Notes: a model not told the origin generated them from the sequence alone. DNA of 64,000 bases from Bilabrum cf. latius (GCA_965178125.1 OZ237760.1:558001-622000), one strand, 5' to 3'; positions 37,401 to 50,141 are shown, counted from the first letter of the stretch. Made by a program: numbers and translations.

Positions 37401-39753
37401 GAGCAAGAACGCCGGACTTGACCCAAGCGAAATGAGGGAGGTGGCGCAGCAGCTCGGCCAGATTGGCTACCGGATCTTCGCCGTGAATCTGCAAGATTCC
37501 CGCGGTCCAACCGTGATTGCTGATGCTGCTTGCGATACACAGGGCAAGGTGATGCCACTCAACTCAGAGACTACTGCTTTCGATGCGCTCCGGCCCTACT
37601 TTGATTACTTGCGGGAGTCCATCGCAACGGGTGCTGCGATACTGAGCCGCCCGTACATTGACACGTCTGGTCTCGGACTCATTATGACTGCATCTGCACC
37701 AGTGTACGTTGGATTGGTGTTTGAGGGCATTGTGGGAATTGACGCCACCCTGCAGGAGGCGGAAAACGCGCTGATCAGCCAGAAGTGGGGCACCGTGTAC
37801 GCCTTCTTGATCAACGGCGAGGGCAGGGCGATCGTGCACCCGCTGCTGAGACCTTCAAACGAGCTTACATCTGACCCAATCTACCCTGACGTGGCGGAAC
37901 TGGAAGCGGAAGTAGGCACGGCCCAATACGACTCCTTCGTGCAGCAGGTTTGGACGCCAATGCTGGCTGGCAGCACCGGTCAAGTCACCATCCGGAACAT
38001 GAGGAGGAGGCTTCCGAAGGGCGACAAGCTGGACGGGGAAACGGTCATCACTCGCGATCAGACGTACTATTTCAGCGACATTCCCGGCACGGAGTTCTCG
38101 TTTGCGTACGTTTTCGGCCCCGAGGATAGCGAGTTTCGGGTTGCAGTCGGCTCCGGGGCAGGCAACGCAGCAAGGGTGGCCGCCGCAGGTGACGAGTTCT
38201 ACCATCGCCTGGACAAATATCAGGACCCTGCCAGCAACATACCGTAGGCACGCATCGACGACCTTCACATCGAGAGTAAGGGCAGCGACGACCGGCTCTA
38301 CCCTGGGCTGCAGATCAGCACCCGTCACTCGACCTACAAGCTAGCCCCGTCAGCCTTCTGCAAGTCAGAGGAGTACATCGCGGACGTGACGGCCGACGGC
38401 TCTTTCTCTTTTGTGGATGATTTCATGCGCGCGAGCTACGCGAACGCCTCTGGCTTGTTCCCCAATCCAGGGTGCGATCTTGCCGATGCCTCGGTCGAAC
38501 CCACTGGAGCTGGGTCAGAGCACGCGAACGAGACATTCCGCACGCAGCTGCAAGTTCGTCCGGACGTGGAATTGACTCACGCCGTCGAGCCAGCCTGGGT
38601 CGCTGCGGCTGCATCAAGTGGTGCGCTCAGCAACATACTGTGGAGGTACACGTCTACCGTGCAGGGAGTGTTCCGGATCTACCCAGGCACGCGCATGCCC
38701 CATGCATTCGATCCAACGACGAGGCAATGGTACCGCCGGGGGCTGGCAAGTCGGGGCAAGCTCGGTCTCACGACGCCATACTTGGATGCCGCTGCAGGAC
38801 TCCGGATCAGCACGATCGCCGCTCCGGTGTTTGCAGGAAGGACGAACCACTCCTTGGTGGCATGCAGCACCAGCGCGGAGTGTCCTCTCGGCCGCTGCTA
38901 CGGCGGGTACTGCTCTTCGACACAGATGGAAGGCGTTGCCGGGATCGATCTCACGTACGAAGACTTCCAGTCGCTGGTGACGCAGACGATGATCCGCTGG
39001 TCGAGCAGCAACGACGACGTCGGCGACAAGGGGTGCTTCCGCGCGTACGACTGCCCGGCCGGGTGGCTGAACGGGGTCGATCGGTGCGAAACGAGGTGCT
39101 TTCTGGTGGACAGCGCTGGGCTTCTCCAACTAGACCCAGCCTTTGACAACCAAGATGCCGCTGCTGAAGCCACCTATACCAGCGTGAGCCTGGGCGAGAG
39201 GGCCGGGCCGGTGATGCTGGATCTGCTGCGGCGCGGGTTTGCAAGGCGAGTGGACTCGATCGACTACCAGGGTACTTGCACCGTGACGAGCGAGGAGGAT
39301 CGCATTGCGGTGACTCTTGATGGCCTCACGCAGACTGCAGCCGAAGCGGATGCTTTTGCTCGGACGCGCGGCGACTTTGATCCGTTCGACAACACGTTCG
39401 GCTGCGTGCAGCAGGTCCGGTCCCTTGATTTCCTGCCCTCGGCCATTGAAGCTGCCGGCGGTGTGGTGGAGGGAACTGTGAGGACCAGCTGCTTCCGCGC
39501 GTCGTATTTCCTGGCCCCCCTGCCGGGGGTGGACTCGTACCTCCTCGTGATCGAGGATGCCGCTGAAGCGACCTCAGATGTTCCGCTTGCGTGCCACCTG
39601 GACAACCGGCTGGCCGTGGCTCGACTCACTCAGGTGGTCAACTAGACATGCACCGACGAAGGGGCGGTGCTGCCAGGCGGAGGCGGGTCTGGCAGCAGCT
39701 TCCAACCGACCTGTCCGGCACGAACATCCTACAGCATGGTATGCCTTCCGTGA
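34446..39753 (+). CDS. Two folate-receptor-like Cys-rich domains fused to an alpha2delta/CACHD1-like Cache-VWA-Cache protein, about 1,700 aa (exons 34446-34658, 34852-39753)
   Basis: Signal peptide, phase-0 intron GTAAGT...TCGCAG, TAG read-through at 35479, 36358, 38245 and 39643. Repeated CPxxxxRxxxP...C...NACC...CxPCS...C domains, MIDAS DCSTS, Cache motifs YNPLTRPWY, PYIDTSGLG, FDPTTRQWY, PYLDA. The 3' end is uncertain (possible GTATGC donor at 39739). Confidence 0.8.
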
Positions 39754-39963
39754 GCCTTCGGGGGCCTTGACAATTGATCTGCTTGCTCAATATAGATTTC
39801 GCTTGTTATTTGCTGCGGCGCATACCTCCCTACCATCGTCTCCGCCGGCTACTACAACACCGATGACCTCCGGGTGACACGTACCCGGAACCGGAATGCT
39901 CGATTTTTGACTAGGCTAATCTAGTGCACTGTGCACAGTCTTTAGCCGCTCTCACCTGGCTGC

Positions 39964-41490
39964 ATGGCACTGGTTGATGCTCATTGTCATGCGCAGCTCC
40001 TGCGATCGAACGAGCTTCGCTAGCTATGCACGAAAGCGCCTAGCTTCTGCCGTCTTGCTACGTGCTCAACTGCAACCGCAGATTGGTCGGCTACAGTCTA
40101 CACCGCACAGCGTATTATAAGGTCAACGGAGTAGTCCGAATGCCATACAAACAAACTTCGAATCGTAGTCGCGCTTGGAATACACCCGTACAGGTGTTCA
40201 GAAGCTTCTGACAGCTACGCTTCAAACCTTCGAGACGTGCTTGAACTCTGTCCGGGCGTCATTGTCGGAGAAATAGGCTTAGACAAGAGTAAAAAGGGAT
40301 TAAATGCATGTCCCTTTGACCTGCAGACTCGCCTATGTCGAGGACAACTTGAGATTGCAGCGCAATTAGGTCGGCCAGTTGTGCTTCACTGCGTGAGGGC
40401 CACAGGGCCTCTGGCAGAGCTCCTTAAAGAAGCGCAAGGCAATGCAAAGCACAATTGCTGGCAGGGTATCCCATCTGTTATGGTACACTCGTATGGTGGA
40501 AGTCCAGATGGCATCATCCAGATTCAAAAGGCTGCCCAGAAACCCGGAGGGAAAGGTACGCAAGTAAAAGTAGCTTTTGGATTCACAGCGGGTATGCTCG
40601 CAAATAAAATGGCCAAGAAGGCACGCTTAAGCGTGCAGCATTGCGCAATGGACCAGATTCTCTTGGAGACGGACTCACCGGACCAGCGGCCGCCGCAAGA
40701 TGCCATCGAGGCCGCATCGGCCGAGTGGGCGAAGGCGTGCGCCGCTGGTAATTACAGTAGAAGAGATAGAGCGAGCGGAAAGTGCACCACGGCTGCATCC
40801 CCTGCTGCAGGTGAAGCAACCAGGGACGGCTCCTCGACACCGGCGAGCGGGACACCAGTGGCAGGAAGGGCCGGCCCGGGTGCTTCATCCATCGCTTGTT
40901 GCGAGCCGTCCCGGGCTGCCGCATCAGCGGGCGGACCTGCCAAATGCGCAGCCGCGTCCGGAGATACAAGCATAGACAGAAATATCCCTATGAATGTGGT
41001 TGTTGCTTTGCATGAGGCATCCAAGCTCAAGTCTGTGGGGATGCTGGACCTCCTGGAAGCGGTGCGCGGCAACTTTGACGAGCTGTTCAGCGGGTACTGC
41101 ATACGCGACGCGGCCACGCTCGAGGAATACGAAGGCCACATTAAAGGCATTCTAGGTGCTGCGTGTGCGACTGGTGACCCTGATGAGAGAACAAAGGTCG
41201 AGTGCGAAGATCGTGATACCGACCGCGAGACACCGTCGTGCTGCGGGACCACTGCAAGCGCGGAGCCATCTGCTGGTCTAGAGGAAATATCAAAGCCAGA
41301 GGAAGGTGCCTCTGGGTCAACCATGAAGTCAAGCTCTTCGCCACCTGAAACATCAGAAGCGGCTGAATTGGAATCTCCCTCATTGCCAAGGTAGGCTACG
41401 GGCGAACCGCACGGAGCAAGACCAAGCACCGGCGCGGCGGGTGAGAGCAAATCCAAAGCAGAGGCGGCAGTGCCGCACAAAAGCAGCTAA
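39964..41490 (+). CDS. TATD: TatD-family metal-dependent DNase with C-terminal low-complexity extension, 508 aa
   Basis: VDAHCH, LGIHPY, VGEIGLD, PVVLHCV, HSYGG, ILLETDSPD. TAG at 40021, 40132 and 41392. First TAA at 41488-41490, followed by an AT-richer spacer. Confidence 0.88.
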
Positions 41491-41562
41491 AACCATCGCT
41501 TCTTGTTGCAATCAAGTGATACGAAAATACCATAAAGAGAGATTCCCCGAAGCAGGAACGAA

Positions 41563-44500
41563 TCATAGGTCAACGTCGTCTTCAGGCGAGAGACCATCTA
41601 GGTCATCCCCGCTGTCCACGCCCCCGGGCGTCGTGGCGCCAACCACGCCCTCATATACCCCACCGCCGCGCCCCGCGATTCCAAGGCTGAGGGGTCCTCC
41701 GTCAAACGACAGAGATGCCGCCCCGGAGAAACCACCGGACTGGATATCAAACCCGTCTTCCTCCATCGTGAGCATCCTCCGCTTGTCCACGTCGTCCAGC
41801 AGCGAGTACATGTGCGACAGCCAGGCACGGCGGTCCACGCCGGCCCGCTCCAGCTCGTCAGCCCACGCCTGCCCGTGCCTGGTCCGCAGCGAATCGAGGA
41901 TGAACCGCACGGACGCGTCGAAGCCTTGTCGCAGCCCCTCCCTCCTGGCTTGCGCCATCATGGCCTCAGCCGCCGTCGCACCGCCGCCTCCAGAGCCGAC
42001 CTCTGCCAGCAGCGCGGGCGTTGCCACGCTGACATGCGACGACGCGCGCAGTCTTTGAAGCTTGCCCCTGTTTGATTCGTCTGACATGATGCCGCCAGTG
42101 CCGGCCGAGGACGCTGCCCCACCAGCGCCGACATGCGACATGGCTGAACCCCGGCGAGCCCGGACCGCCGTGGCCGCAGAATTCGCACCCTCCCCTGCCA
42201 CTCCGCCCCCGTCCCGCGTGGCTTCCGCGGCGGCGTCCTCAAGCTCCTCTTGGAGAGACACCTCTCCGCGGGCGACGCGCTCGAGGAACGCTGCGTTTGC
42301 TGGGCCAGTCTCGTCGACCAGGGACCGGAAGATACCGTCGGGGTTTTGCAGGAGCTCAGAGGGAGGGCCGTACTCGGCCACCTGGCCCTTGTCCAGCACG
42401 AGAATGAGGTCGGAATCAATCACAGTGTTGAGACGATGGGCGATCGTTAGGCGCGTGATGCCTTTGAATTCCCTGCGCAGTGTGGCCTGCAGGATCGTGT
42501 CGGTCTCCGTGTCGAGGTTGGCGCTGGCCTCGTCGAGGCAGAGGATGTTGCTCTTCTTCAGCAATGCACGGGCGAGGCACAGCAGCTGCCTCTGTCCCAC
42601 CGACAGGTTGTTGCCGCCCTCAGCTACTGGATACTGCAGCTTCTTCGGGTGGCTCTCCACCAGCGGCGCGAGCTGCGCCTTCGTCAGCGCCTTCCACAGC
42701 GCCGTGTCGTCGTGCCGGTTGAAGGGGTCGAGGTTGTACTTGATGGTGCCTGCAAAGAGCACGGGGTCCTGCGGGATAATGGAGATGGCCTGCCTCACGT
42801 CGCGGAGACCGTACTGCGCGATGGTCTCGCCGTCAAACTCGATGCTGCCATCCTTGAGCTCGATCAGGCGATACAGAGCCTGCATGATGGAGCTTTTCCC
42901 CGCCCCCGTGCGGCCGCACAGTCCCACAGATTTTCCAGCTGGGATGGTGACGGTGAGCCCGTTCAGGACGGGAGGCAGGTCGGGCCTGTAGCTCATGACC
43001 ACGTCCTTCATCACAATCTTTCCCGTTGTGGGCCAGTGCTTGGGAGGCTTCGGCAGGTCGGAAGCTTCCAGAGGCTTTTCCGGCTTCACGTCGCACATCT
43101 CAAGCACTCGTTCCACCGAATTGAATGCGTTCTCCGCCTCAGCGAGCATCCGCAGGCACATATTGAAGCTGACCGTGATGGTGAGCGAATAGGACACTGC
43201 CAGCCCGACGTTCTCTGGACCGATCGCATCGCGGGACACGATACCAAAGACGGCGGTGGCGACAAGCATGAGCCCGCCGATCACCTCGAGCCGGATGGAA
43301 AGCCAGCGGTTGGCCGCGTTGGACATGTAGACCATCTTGATGTTGTTGTCCAGCTTGTTGGCCGCCTCGACCGTCTCCCTCTCCTCCGCGTCATGGGCCC
43401 GGATGATCGACATGCCGTCGAGCGTCTCCGTGAAATGGTTGTAGACTGGCGACCTCGAAACGGCGTCGAGTCTCTTGAGCTCCCTGCTGGAAGTCCTGAA
43501 CCACCTCTGCAGGAAGTAGAAGATCGTCATCAAGGGCACGTAGGCAACCAGTGAGTACGGCGTGGCCGTGCCAACGATGACCACGGTCCCCAGCAGCTGA
43601 ACAGCCGACGACATGAGAAGCTGCACGTTGAACATCAGCGCGGTGTCCATCGTGGAAACATCCTTCGCGAAACGATTCAGCAGTCTCCCCACCGGAGTCG
43701 CATCGAAGAAGGACATCGGAGCTCGGAGGATGCTCCACAGCAGCCTGGCATGGAGCACAGAGGACGCCTACACGCTTGCATTGGCTGCCATCACGGAGAT
43801 GAGCGCCTCCATGACGATGTTGAAGAACGACAGGGCGAAGTACACTCCCATGTACAGCTGAATCGTGCCGCCTTCGACGGCGTCCGTCGACCACACGCCC
43901 AGCCAGAAGCTGCTGCCCACGCGAGCGGCCTCTCCGAATAGCAGGGAGAACGCCACCGTAAGGAAGAAGCATAGTCCGCCAGCAGCCTCCACGTATCCCC
44001 AATAGACCTTGAAAGAGATGCCACCGACAGCTCGCTTCTCTTCCTGGATCAGCTTGGCTCTCTTCTTCCTCTCCTGCTTCTTCTTGTCCTTCTGGTCCTT
44101 CTCAATGCCCTCGACCTGGCTGCCTTCAGCCACGATGGCAGCGCTGGCCGCGCCGTCCTTGGGTTCTGGGGTGCCCAAAGCACCGCCAGCGGCATCCGCT
44201 GAGACCGATGTCCCGCCAGAAGCAGGAACCACTGCGGGACCGGAAGGGGCTGCAGCGCCGCCCCCGGCCTGCAGCTGCACATCATCAGCGGACGCAGCCG
44301 CCCCACCGCCACCTGCCTCGGCAGCAGCCGTGCCTTTCTCTTCCTCTTCTTGACCTCCCTCATCAGGCCCGCTCCTGCCTACAGTGGCAGCTCGGGCGTC
44401 GCGGCGCTTGGCCTCTTCTTCCGCCTGCTTCTCGCTGGCGAGGTGCTCGTGCATGAGGGCACCAAAGGCGGAGCCTTCCTGGTGCATGAGCTCGTTGGGC

Positions 44501-47500
44501 TTGCCAAACTCAACCACCTCTCCGCCGGCAACGACTAGCACCTTGTCGCAGTCAGGCACAAAATGCAGCTGGTTGGTCGCGACGATCCTCGTCTTGCCGC
44601 TGAGGTGCCCCCGCACGCACTCGTGGAACACCTTGGCGCTGACCTTGGCATCCAGTGCGCTGAGAATGTCGTCCAGAATCATGACGTCGGCATCGGAGTA
44701 GATGGAACGAGCCAGCGCCACGCGCTGCTTCTGTCCACCGCTGAGAGTGCCGCCCCGCGAGGCGAGCTCGGTGCTGTCTCCGGCACCGAACTGCTCGAAA
44801 TCGCTCTCAAGGTTGCAGGCCTTGACCACGCTGTCGTAGCGCTCCTGGTCAAAGGGCATGCCAAACACAATGTTGTTCTTCACGGTCTCCTGGAAGATCC
44901 ATGCCTGCTGCGGGGCATACGCGACGCTCCCGGACACGTACACTTCTCCCCTGCTGCAGTGCATGTCGCCGATGACCGCTGCGAGAAGACTCGATTTTCC
45001 ACCGCCAGTGGGGCCCACGATTGCGACCAGTTCCCCGGGCTGCACCTCAAAGTTGATCTTGCGCAGGGTGGGCTGGTCACCCCACTAAAACCACCCGCCT
45101 CTGACAGCCACAGAGCCGATCGGGCCGCGGACGGACTCGTTGTCCTTGCCGGCTCCCGAGCTGGACCCCTCCTTCCCGGTAATATCGTCGTCCTCATCGT
45201 CATCATCATCGTCATCGTCATCAGCAGCAGCCTCCTTGCCGGCATGCTTTCCAGTCGCCCGTGCCCCACCCCTGTAGACCGGGGTGCCGGGCAGGCCGTG
45301 GGTAGTGGCATCGAGTTCCTCTTCCCTCAGGAAATCCTGGATCCTGTTGATGCTCACCATGGTCTCGAGCAGCATGGCGGCAGTGCGCGGGAGCAGGAGC
45401 AGGGGCCAGAACGCGAGCTGGAACAGGGACAGGGAGTAGAAAGCCACGGCGGGAGTGAGCTCGCCGCCCGTCGCGGCAAAGGCTCCAAAGCTGCCAAGAG
45501 CCAGCAGGATGGGGTTGAAGCGGATCAGCAGCAGGCTGAACGAGCGAAACCAGGAAATCCACCGGATCCATCCGAGCTCCTCCTCTCTGTGGCTCTCGAT
45601 CTGCTCCTTCATGGGCTGCTCCCAGCTGTAATACTTGACCACGCGCGCGCCGGAGACGACTTCGCTCACTGCCTTCACCCTCGAGTCGGTGTGCTTCAGG
45701 TACTGCTTGGTCCACACGGCTACCGTGTTCATCACCCACAGCTGGAGGGGCAGTACTATAAACAGCGCCAGGAAACCAGCAAAGACAGATGCGCCGAGAC
45801 CGTCGTAAAGCAGGTACATGGCCACGGCCAGACGAACGGGTGCCGACCAGACGTTGTGTGCCATCTGGGCCGCCATCGCGATCTTCTCTGCGTCGCTCGA
45901 AATGAGGGAAGAGATCTGTCCGATGGACCTGCTCTGCCGGGCCTCGTGCGACATGCGGAGGCTCTTGCGGTACACCGCCTGGGTGAGGGCTGCTCTGGTG
46001 TTGAGACCGGCGTTGGTGACCTCGTGGAAGTACCTGCACAAGGGGGAAGCAAGCGAGGAGCGACGTGGGTGGGCGTGCTAGGGAATATTGACGCGACGCT
46101 GGGGAGGAACAAAGAAGGTTCCTCGGGAATAGCCGAGGCCAACCGATGATCCGATCCGATCCGATCCGATCCTGCTCACTTGTTCTCCGAGATGGTCATG
46201 ATCATGAGCGCGACGAACATGCCGGCCACCAGCGCGAAGGCGTACCCATTCCCGAACTCGGGGTCGTCGTCCTGCACCCAGTCGATGAGCTGCCTCAAGA
46301 GAATGCTGGGAGCGAACTGCGCACCGTTCTGGAAGGCAAGATACAGGCCCGCTGTGCCGAACTGGCAGCCGAAGGCGTACCGCATGGCCTGCAGCACCGA
46401 TGCCTCCTGCCCGTCTTGCTTGAACAGGTCCGTCCAATGCGCTGCAAAGCGCGAGTACACCGGCACGGACCGGTTGTGCCTGGGCAGCGGCTCGATGTCT
46501 TTCTGCAGCAGGGGTCGCTTGATCCCCAACGAGATGAGAGCGTCCACCCAGCTGAACACCATGGCGCTCAGGCAGGAAGCCTGCATTTCAGGGTGGTTGT
46601 CCGGCTCCGACTCCTGCCCAGGCTTTGCCCCGCGCACTCTGATCCCAGCCGCAAGTAGATCGTCTCGACCGATCCCGTAGTCCGAGGCAGCCACTAGACC
46701 GTCGTCGTCGAGCGACCCGCCTGGAGCACCGTCCGCGCCCGTTGCGTCTCTCAGCAGCTCCTCTGCCGTGACGAGTCTCCCAGTTGAGCGGTACTCCTCG
46801 TCCTGGTCGTGTGCTCGCAGCAGCTCGTCCTGCTCGGCAGAGGTGCCGACACCTTGCTCACCCCTGCGGATCCGCTCCCGGAGTGCCCGAACGTGCTCCT
46901 GCCTCCGCCTCAGCGCCCGGATGAGATCCAGGTCCGATTCCCTGAAGAGATAGGTCACGAGAACGCCCAGGACCTGGGAGCAGAAGGCCACGAGGTACAG
47001 CGCGAAAAAATAGGAACGGCCGTCGAGGCCGCTCAACACGATTTGGCTTCGCATGCGCACGCCCTCTGCCGCCACAGCGAACAGCAGAAGGAAGGGCACG
47101 ATGAAGCGGCCACGGGGCCGGTATCGCTTCCATTCGAAGAAGTACACTCCGAACATGGCGATCCAAGCCGCCATGTTCAGCGGCTCGGTGACAAGCTCGT
47201 ATGTTGCGAACGAGTCTGTGGCAATGAGGCCATTGAGCATCAACAGGCTAACGACTACTTGCGCTACCATTGCAAACGATACTATCGCCGATGGAATCAA
47301 TCCTACCGTGGCAAGCGGATCGGGCAGAGGAGCCACGCCGCTCAGCTGCCACGCCCGCACCACGAGCAGAATCAAGAACGCAAGCTGCACCACTCCTCGC
47401 AGGACAATATCTTCGAAGCACGGAGAGCTCCCAGTCAGCGACAAGTTGTCCAAATCGACCTCAGAGGACCATCCATTGTTCTGCAAGACGATCATTGAGA

Positions 47501-47644
47501 CTTCAGAAGATGCAACAAATCAAACGGGTCAAGCGCAACGACATTCAGCGGCTCCTAGCTCAAAATGGAATACTTTTGCAGTTGCCTGCATCCGAGCAAC
47601 CATACTCAACTCACTTGACAGAAACCTTCGATTGAAGAGCCCAT
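41563..47644 (-). CDS. ABCC: ABCC/MRP transporter (TMD0-TMD1-NBD1-TMD2-NBD2), about 1,933 aa; exons 47644-47615, 47480-46180, 46033-41563
   Basis: Walker A GPTGGGKS and GRTGAGKS, signatures LSGGQKQR and LSVGQRQL, FFDATPVGRLLNRF, RELKRLDAVSRSP. Introns GTGAGT...TTGCAG and GTGAGC...GTGCAG restore the frame. TAG at 45087 and 43770. Ends TGA. Confidence 0.92.
46148..46172. repeat. (GATCC)5 pentanucleotide microsatellite in ABCC intron 2
   Basis: gatccgatccgatccgatccgatcc read directly, next to the intron donor. Confidence 0.85.
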
Positions 47645-47831
47645 TTGGCGCAATTGCGCCGGAAAATAGTGTGTCCACGTCCCATGTCTCGGATCCTGGA
47701 TTTCGATCGGAGCTCCGGAGAAACAATCGTTAAATGCCTCACTTCGTGGTCACACCAAAGAATTAAGAAGCACTAGACCTATTCAAGAGGCTACAGGCCG
47801 TTGACTTCGTAAATATAGCATGAATTAAAGC

Positions 47832-50081
47832 ATGATTCGAAGTAGCGGCACCTGTTGGCGAAGTGCGCTTAAAAACTACGCAAGGCTGGCTTGTAGACAT
47901 TTTTCATCGAGCACGGGCAGCAACCGCCCTGCATACGACGCTATTGTAATTGGAAGTGGATCTGGAGGCATATCCTTTGCAAGAGAAGCAAAGCGATTCG
48001 GTGCGGATGTCGCATTGCTGAACTATGTGCAGCCATCCGCGCACAGCGTTCAGTACGGCCTCGGTGGCACCTGCGTGAACGTGGGCTGCATCCCAAAGAA
48101 AATAATGCATCACGCAGCTGGTCTGAAGACCGGTTTCAATGAGATGAGCCACTTTGGCTGGAATGCGGAACACACGATGAGCCTCGACTGGAGCGCTCTG
48201 GTTGGTTGCGTCCAAGACTACATTCGGGGGCAAAACTTTGGGTACAAAACTGCTTTGCGCGACGAAGGCACTCACCTGATTGAGAAATGGGGCAGGGTCG
48301 GGGGAAGAGCAGTCGACGGCTCATTGCTGGTAGAGTGCCTTGCGCCACCAGGAGTTCCAGAGCTGTATCCGCAGGGCGGCAGCAGCGACAGCCACAGTGG
48401 CCATCATGAATCGGCAAGGGACACTGCATCCATTGAGAAAATCCATGCAAAGCACGTCATTGTGGCCGTGGGTGGTCGCCCAACGTACCCCGAGCAGCTG
48501 CCCGGTGCTCGCCTCGCCATCACCTCCGATGAGCTATTCTCCCTCCAGCGCCCCCCCGGCCGCACACTCGTCGTCGGGGGCGGCTACGTGGCCCTCGAAA
48601 CCGCCGGCCTGCTGAACGGACTGGGATTTGAGACAACTCTGGCTGTTCGCTCGATCCCCCTCCGTGGGTTTGACTCTGAGATGGCGGAGCGGGTGCTCCT
48701 CTCTCTCGAGGCGGAAGGGGTGCGCGTGCTGAGAGGCGCATCGCCGGCGGCCATCCGACGTGCGTCCGGAGAGGACCCCCCTCCTGTTTTTGATTCCGGG
48801 TAGAACTAGGAACCGCTTCGAGTGTCTTTGCAGGCAGATACCAGCCAGGGACAGGGAAGTCACTGTCGTGATGGCCATCTCGACCTTGAGGTAGACACGG
48901 TCGTGATGGCCACTGGCAGGCACGTGCTCACCGGGGGACTCGGTCTAGAATCCTTGGGGGTGCAGCTGGAGCCCGGCACAGGCAAGGTCGTTTGCTACGG
49001 TGACGATGATCCTGAGGGAAGGACAGAGACAGCCGTCGGCGTGGAAGGGGGCGGCATCCACGCGGTGGGAGACGTGGTGGCGGGTCGTCCGGAGCTCACG
49101 CCGGTGGCTGCCCGAGCGGGCAAGCTGCTTGCCCGCCGGCTCTTTGCGCAGCTCTCGAAGGGTCAAGTGGGGAGCAGTGCGGCATCGGGCGCCAGCGATG
49201 TGCTTTCCTTGGATCCCTCGACCAAGAGTAGCGGCGATGCTGACCCGTTCGGATCCCTTGACCTCGGTGCATTGGGTGCTGCACCAAGCCTCGGCCTCGC
49301 TGCAGGCAGTACCGGGTCTAGCTCTGGAGGTGGTGGTATCTTGGGCGGGCTGGACCTTACTCCCCTGGTGCCTTCGTCATAGGGGGTGAAAGCGGGCGAG
49401 TCGACTGCGTCGGCTGGCTTGCCCGCGGCCTCGTGGCACGATGGTACCGAACGAATGGACTATAGCTGCGTGCCAACAGCTGTGTTCACCCCAGTCGAGT
49501 ACGCCTGCGTGGGATTGTCAGAGGATAAGGCGGTTGATAAACACGGGGCGGATCGCGTGAAGGTGTATTGCCTTGAGTACGACACGCTCGAGATGTCGGC
49601 TGGGCACAGGAGGGAGGCGCAGGAGGCAGAAGCCAGGGAGAGAGCCAGCCGGAAGGAGGGGGGCCCAATGCCGCCCCCCATGCCTCGCTGCATGCTTAAA
49701 ATCGTGTGCAGGGCGCATGGGCGGGATGGTTTGGTTGACGGGGCTGCGGGCAGAGCGGATGCTGGCTCATGCGCGCATAGTGCAGACGCGTCGCCTGAAG
49801 TCGAGGAGGAAGAGGTCCTCGGTCTGCATGTGTTTGGACCAGGTGCCAGCGAGGTCATGCAAGGGTATGCCGCGGCCATGTCGGTCGCAAAGCAGGTGTC
49901 TGCTCGCTTAGCAGGGCGCGGTGGCGGCAGATCGGATGCTTCTGGCATGGTTCTTGGCATGACCAAGCGGGAGCTCGAGGCATGCATCGGGATCCACCCC
50001 ACGCATGCCGAGGAGGTCGTGGGGGCCGACCGGTGGAAGGGGAGTGGCGTGTCGATGGTGAAGTCGTCTTGCTGAGGCTAA
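47832..50081 (+). CDS. TXNRD: High-Mr selenoprotein thioredoxin reductase, mitochondrial type, 749 aa, C-terminus ...KSSC-U-G-stop
   Basis: GSGSGG, GGTCVNVGCIPKK, GGGYVALE, RPELTPVA, PTAVFTPVEY, GIHPTHAEE. TAG at 48801, 48807 and 49380. Ends TGC TGA GGC TAA (50070-50081). The Arg/Ser-rich, acid-free N-terminus resembles a mitochondrial presequence. Confidence 0.92.
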
Positions 50082-50141
50082 GCGGCAGTGCGTGTGCATA
50101 CGCGTGGTAGAGCTACGCGTATTTTACATCGTGCTGCCGCT
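50081..50141 (+). promoter_or_regulatory. Long stem-loop immediately 3' of the Sec codon (candidate Sec redefinition element)
   Basis: AGCGGCAG 50081-50088 pairs with CTGCCGCT 50134-50141. ATACGCGT 50098-50105 pairs with ACGCGTAT 50115-50122. Most intervening bases also pair, some as G-U. Confidence 0.5.

Noticed and set aside
6915-46149. Long antisense or alternative-frame ORFs (e.g. 6915-8714, 9873-11297, 29610-31040, 44563-46149)
   Set aside because: They are shadows of GC-rich, codon-biased genes on the opposite strand and have no recognisable motifs.
47481-47495. ATG 47495 as the ABCC start
   Set aside because: It lies inside an apparent intron ending TTGCAG. The upstream exon MGSSIEGFCQ with a GTGAGT donor gives an MRP-like N-terminus.
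50073-50075. TGA as the TrxR terminator, as called by the ORF track
   Set aside because: It follows Cys and precedes GGC TAA, the canonical Cys-Sec-Gly-stop ending, and a SECIS-like structure lies downstream.
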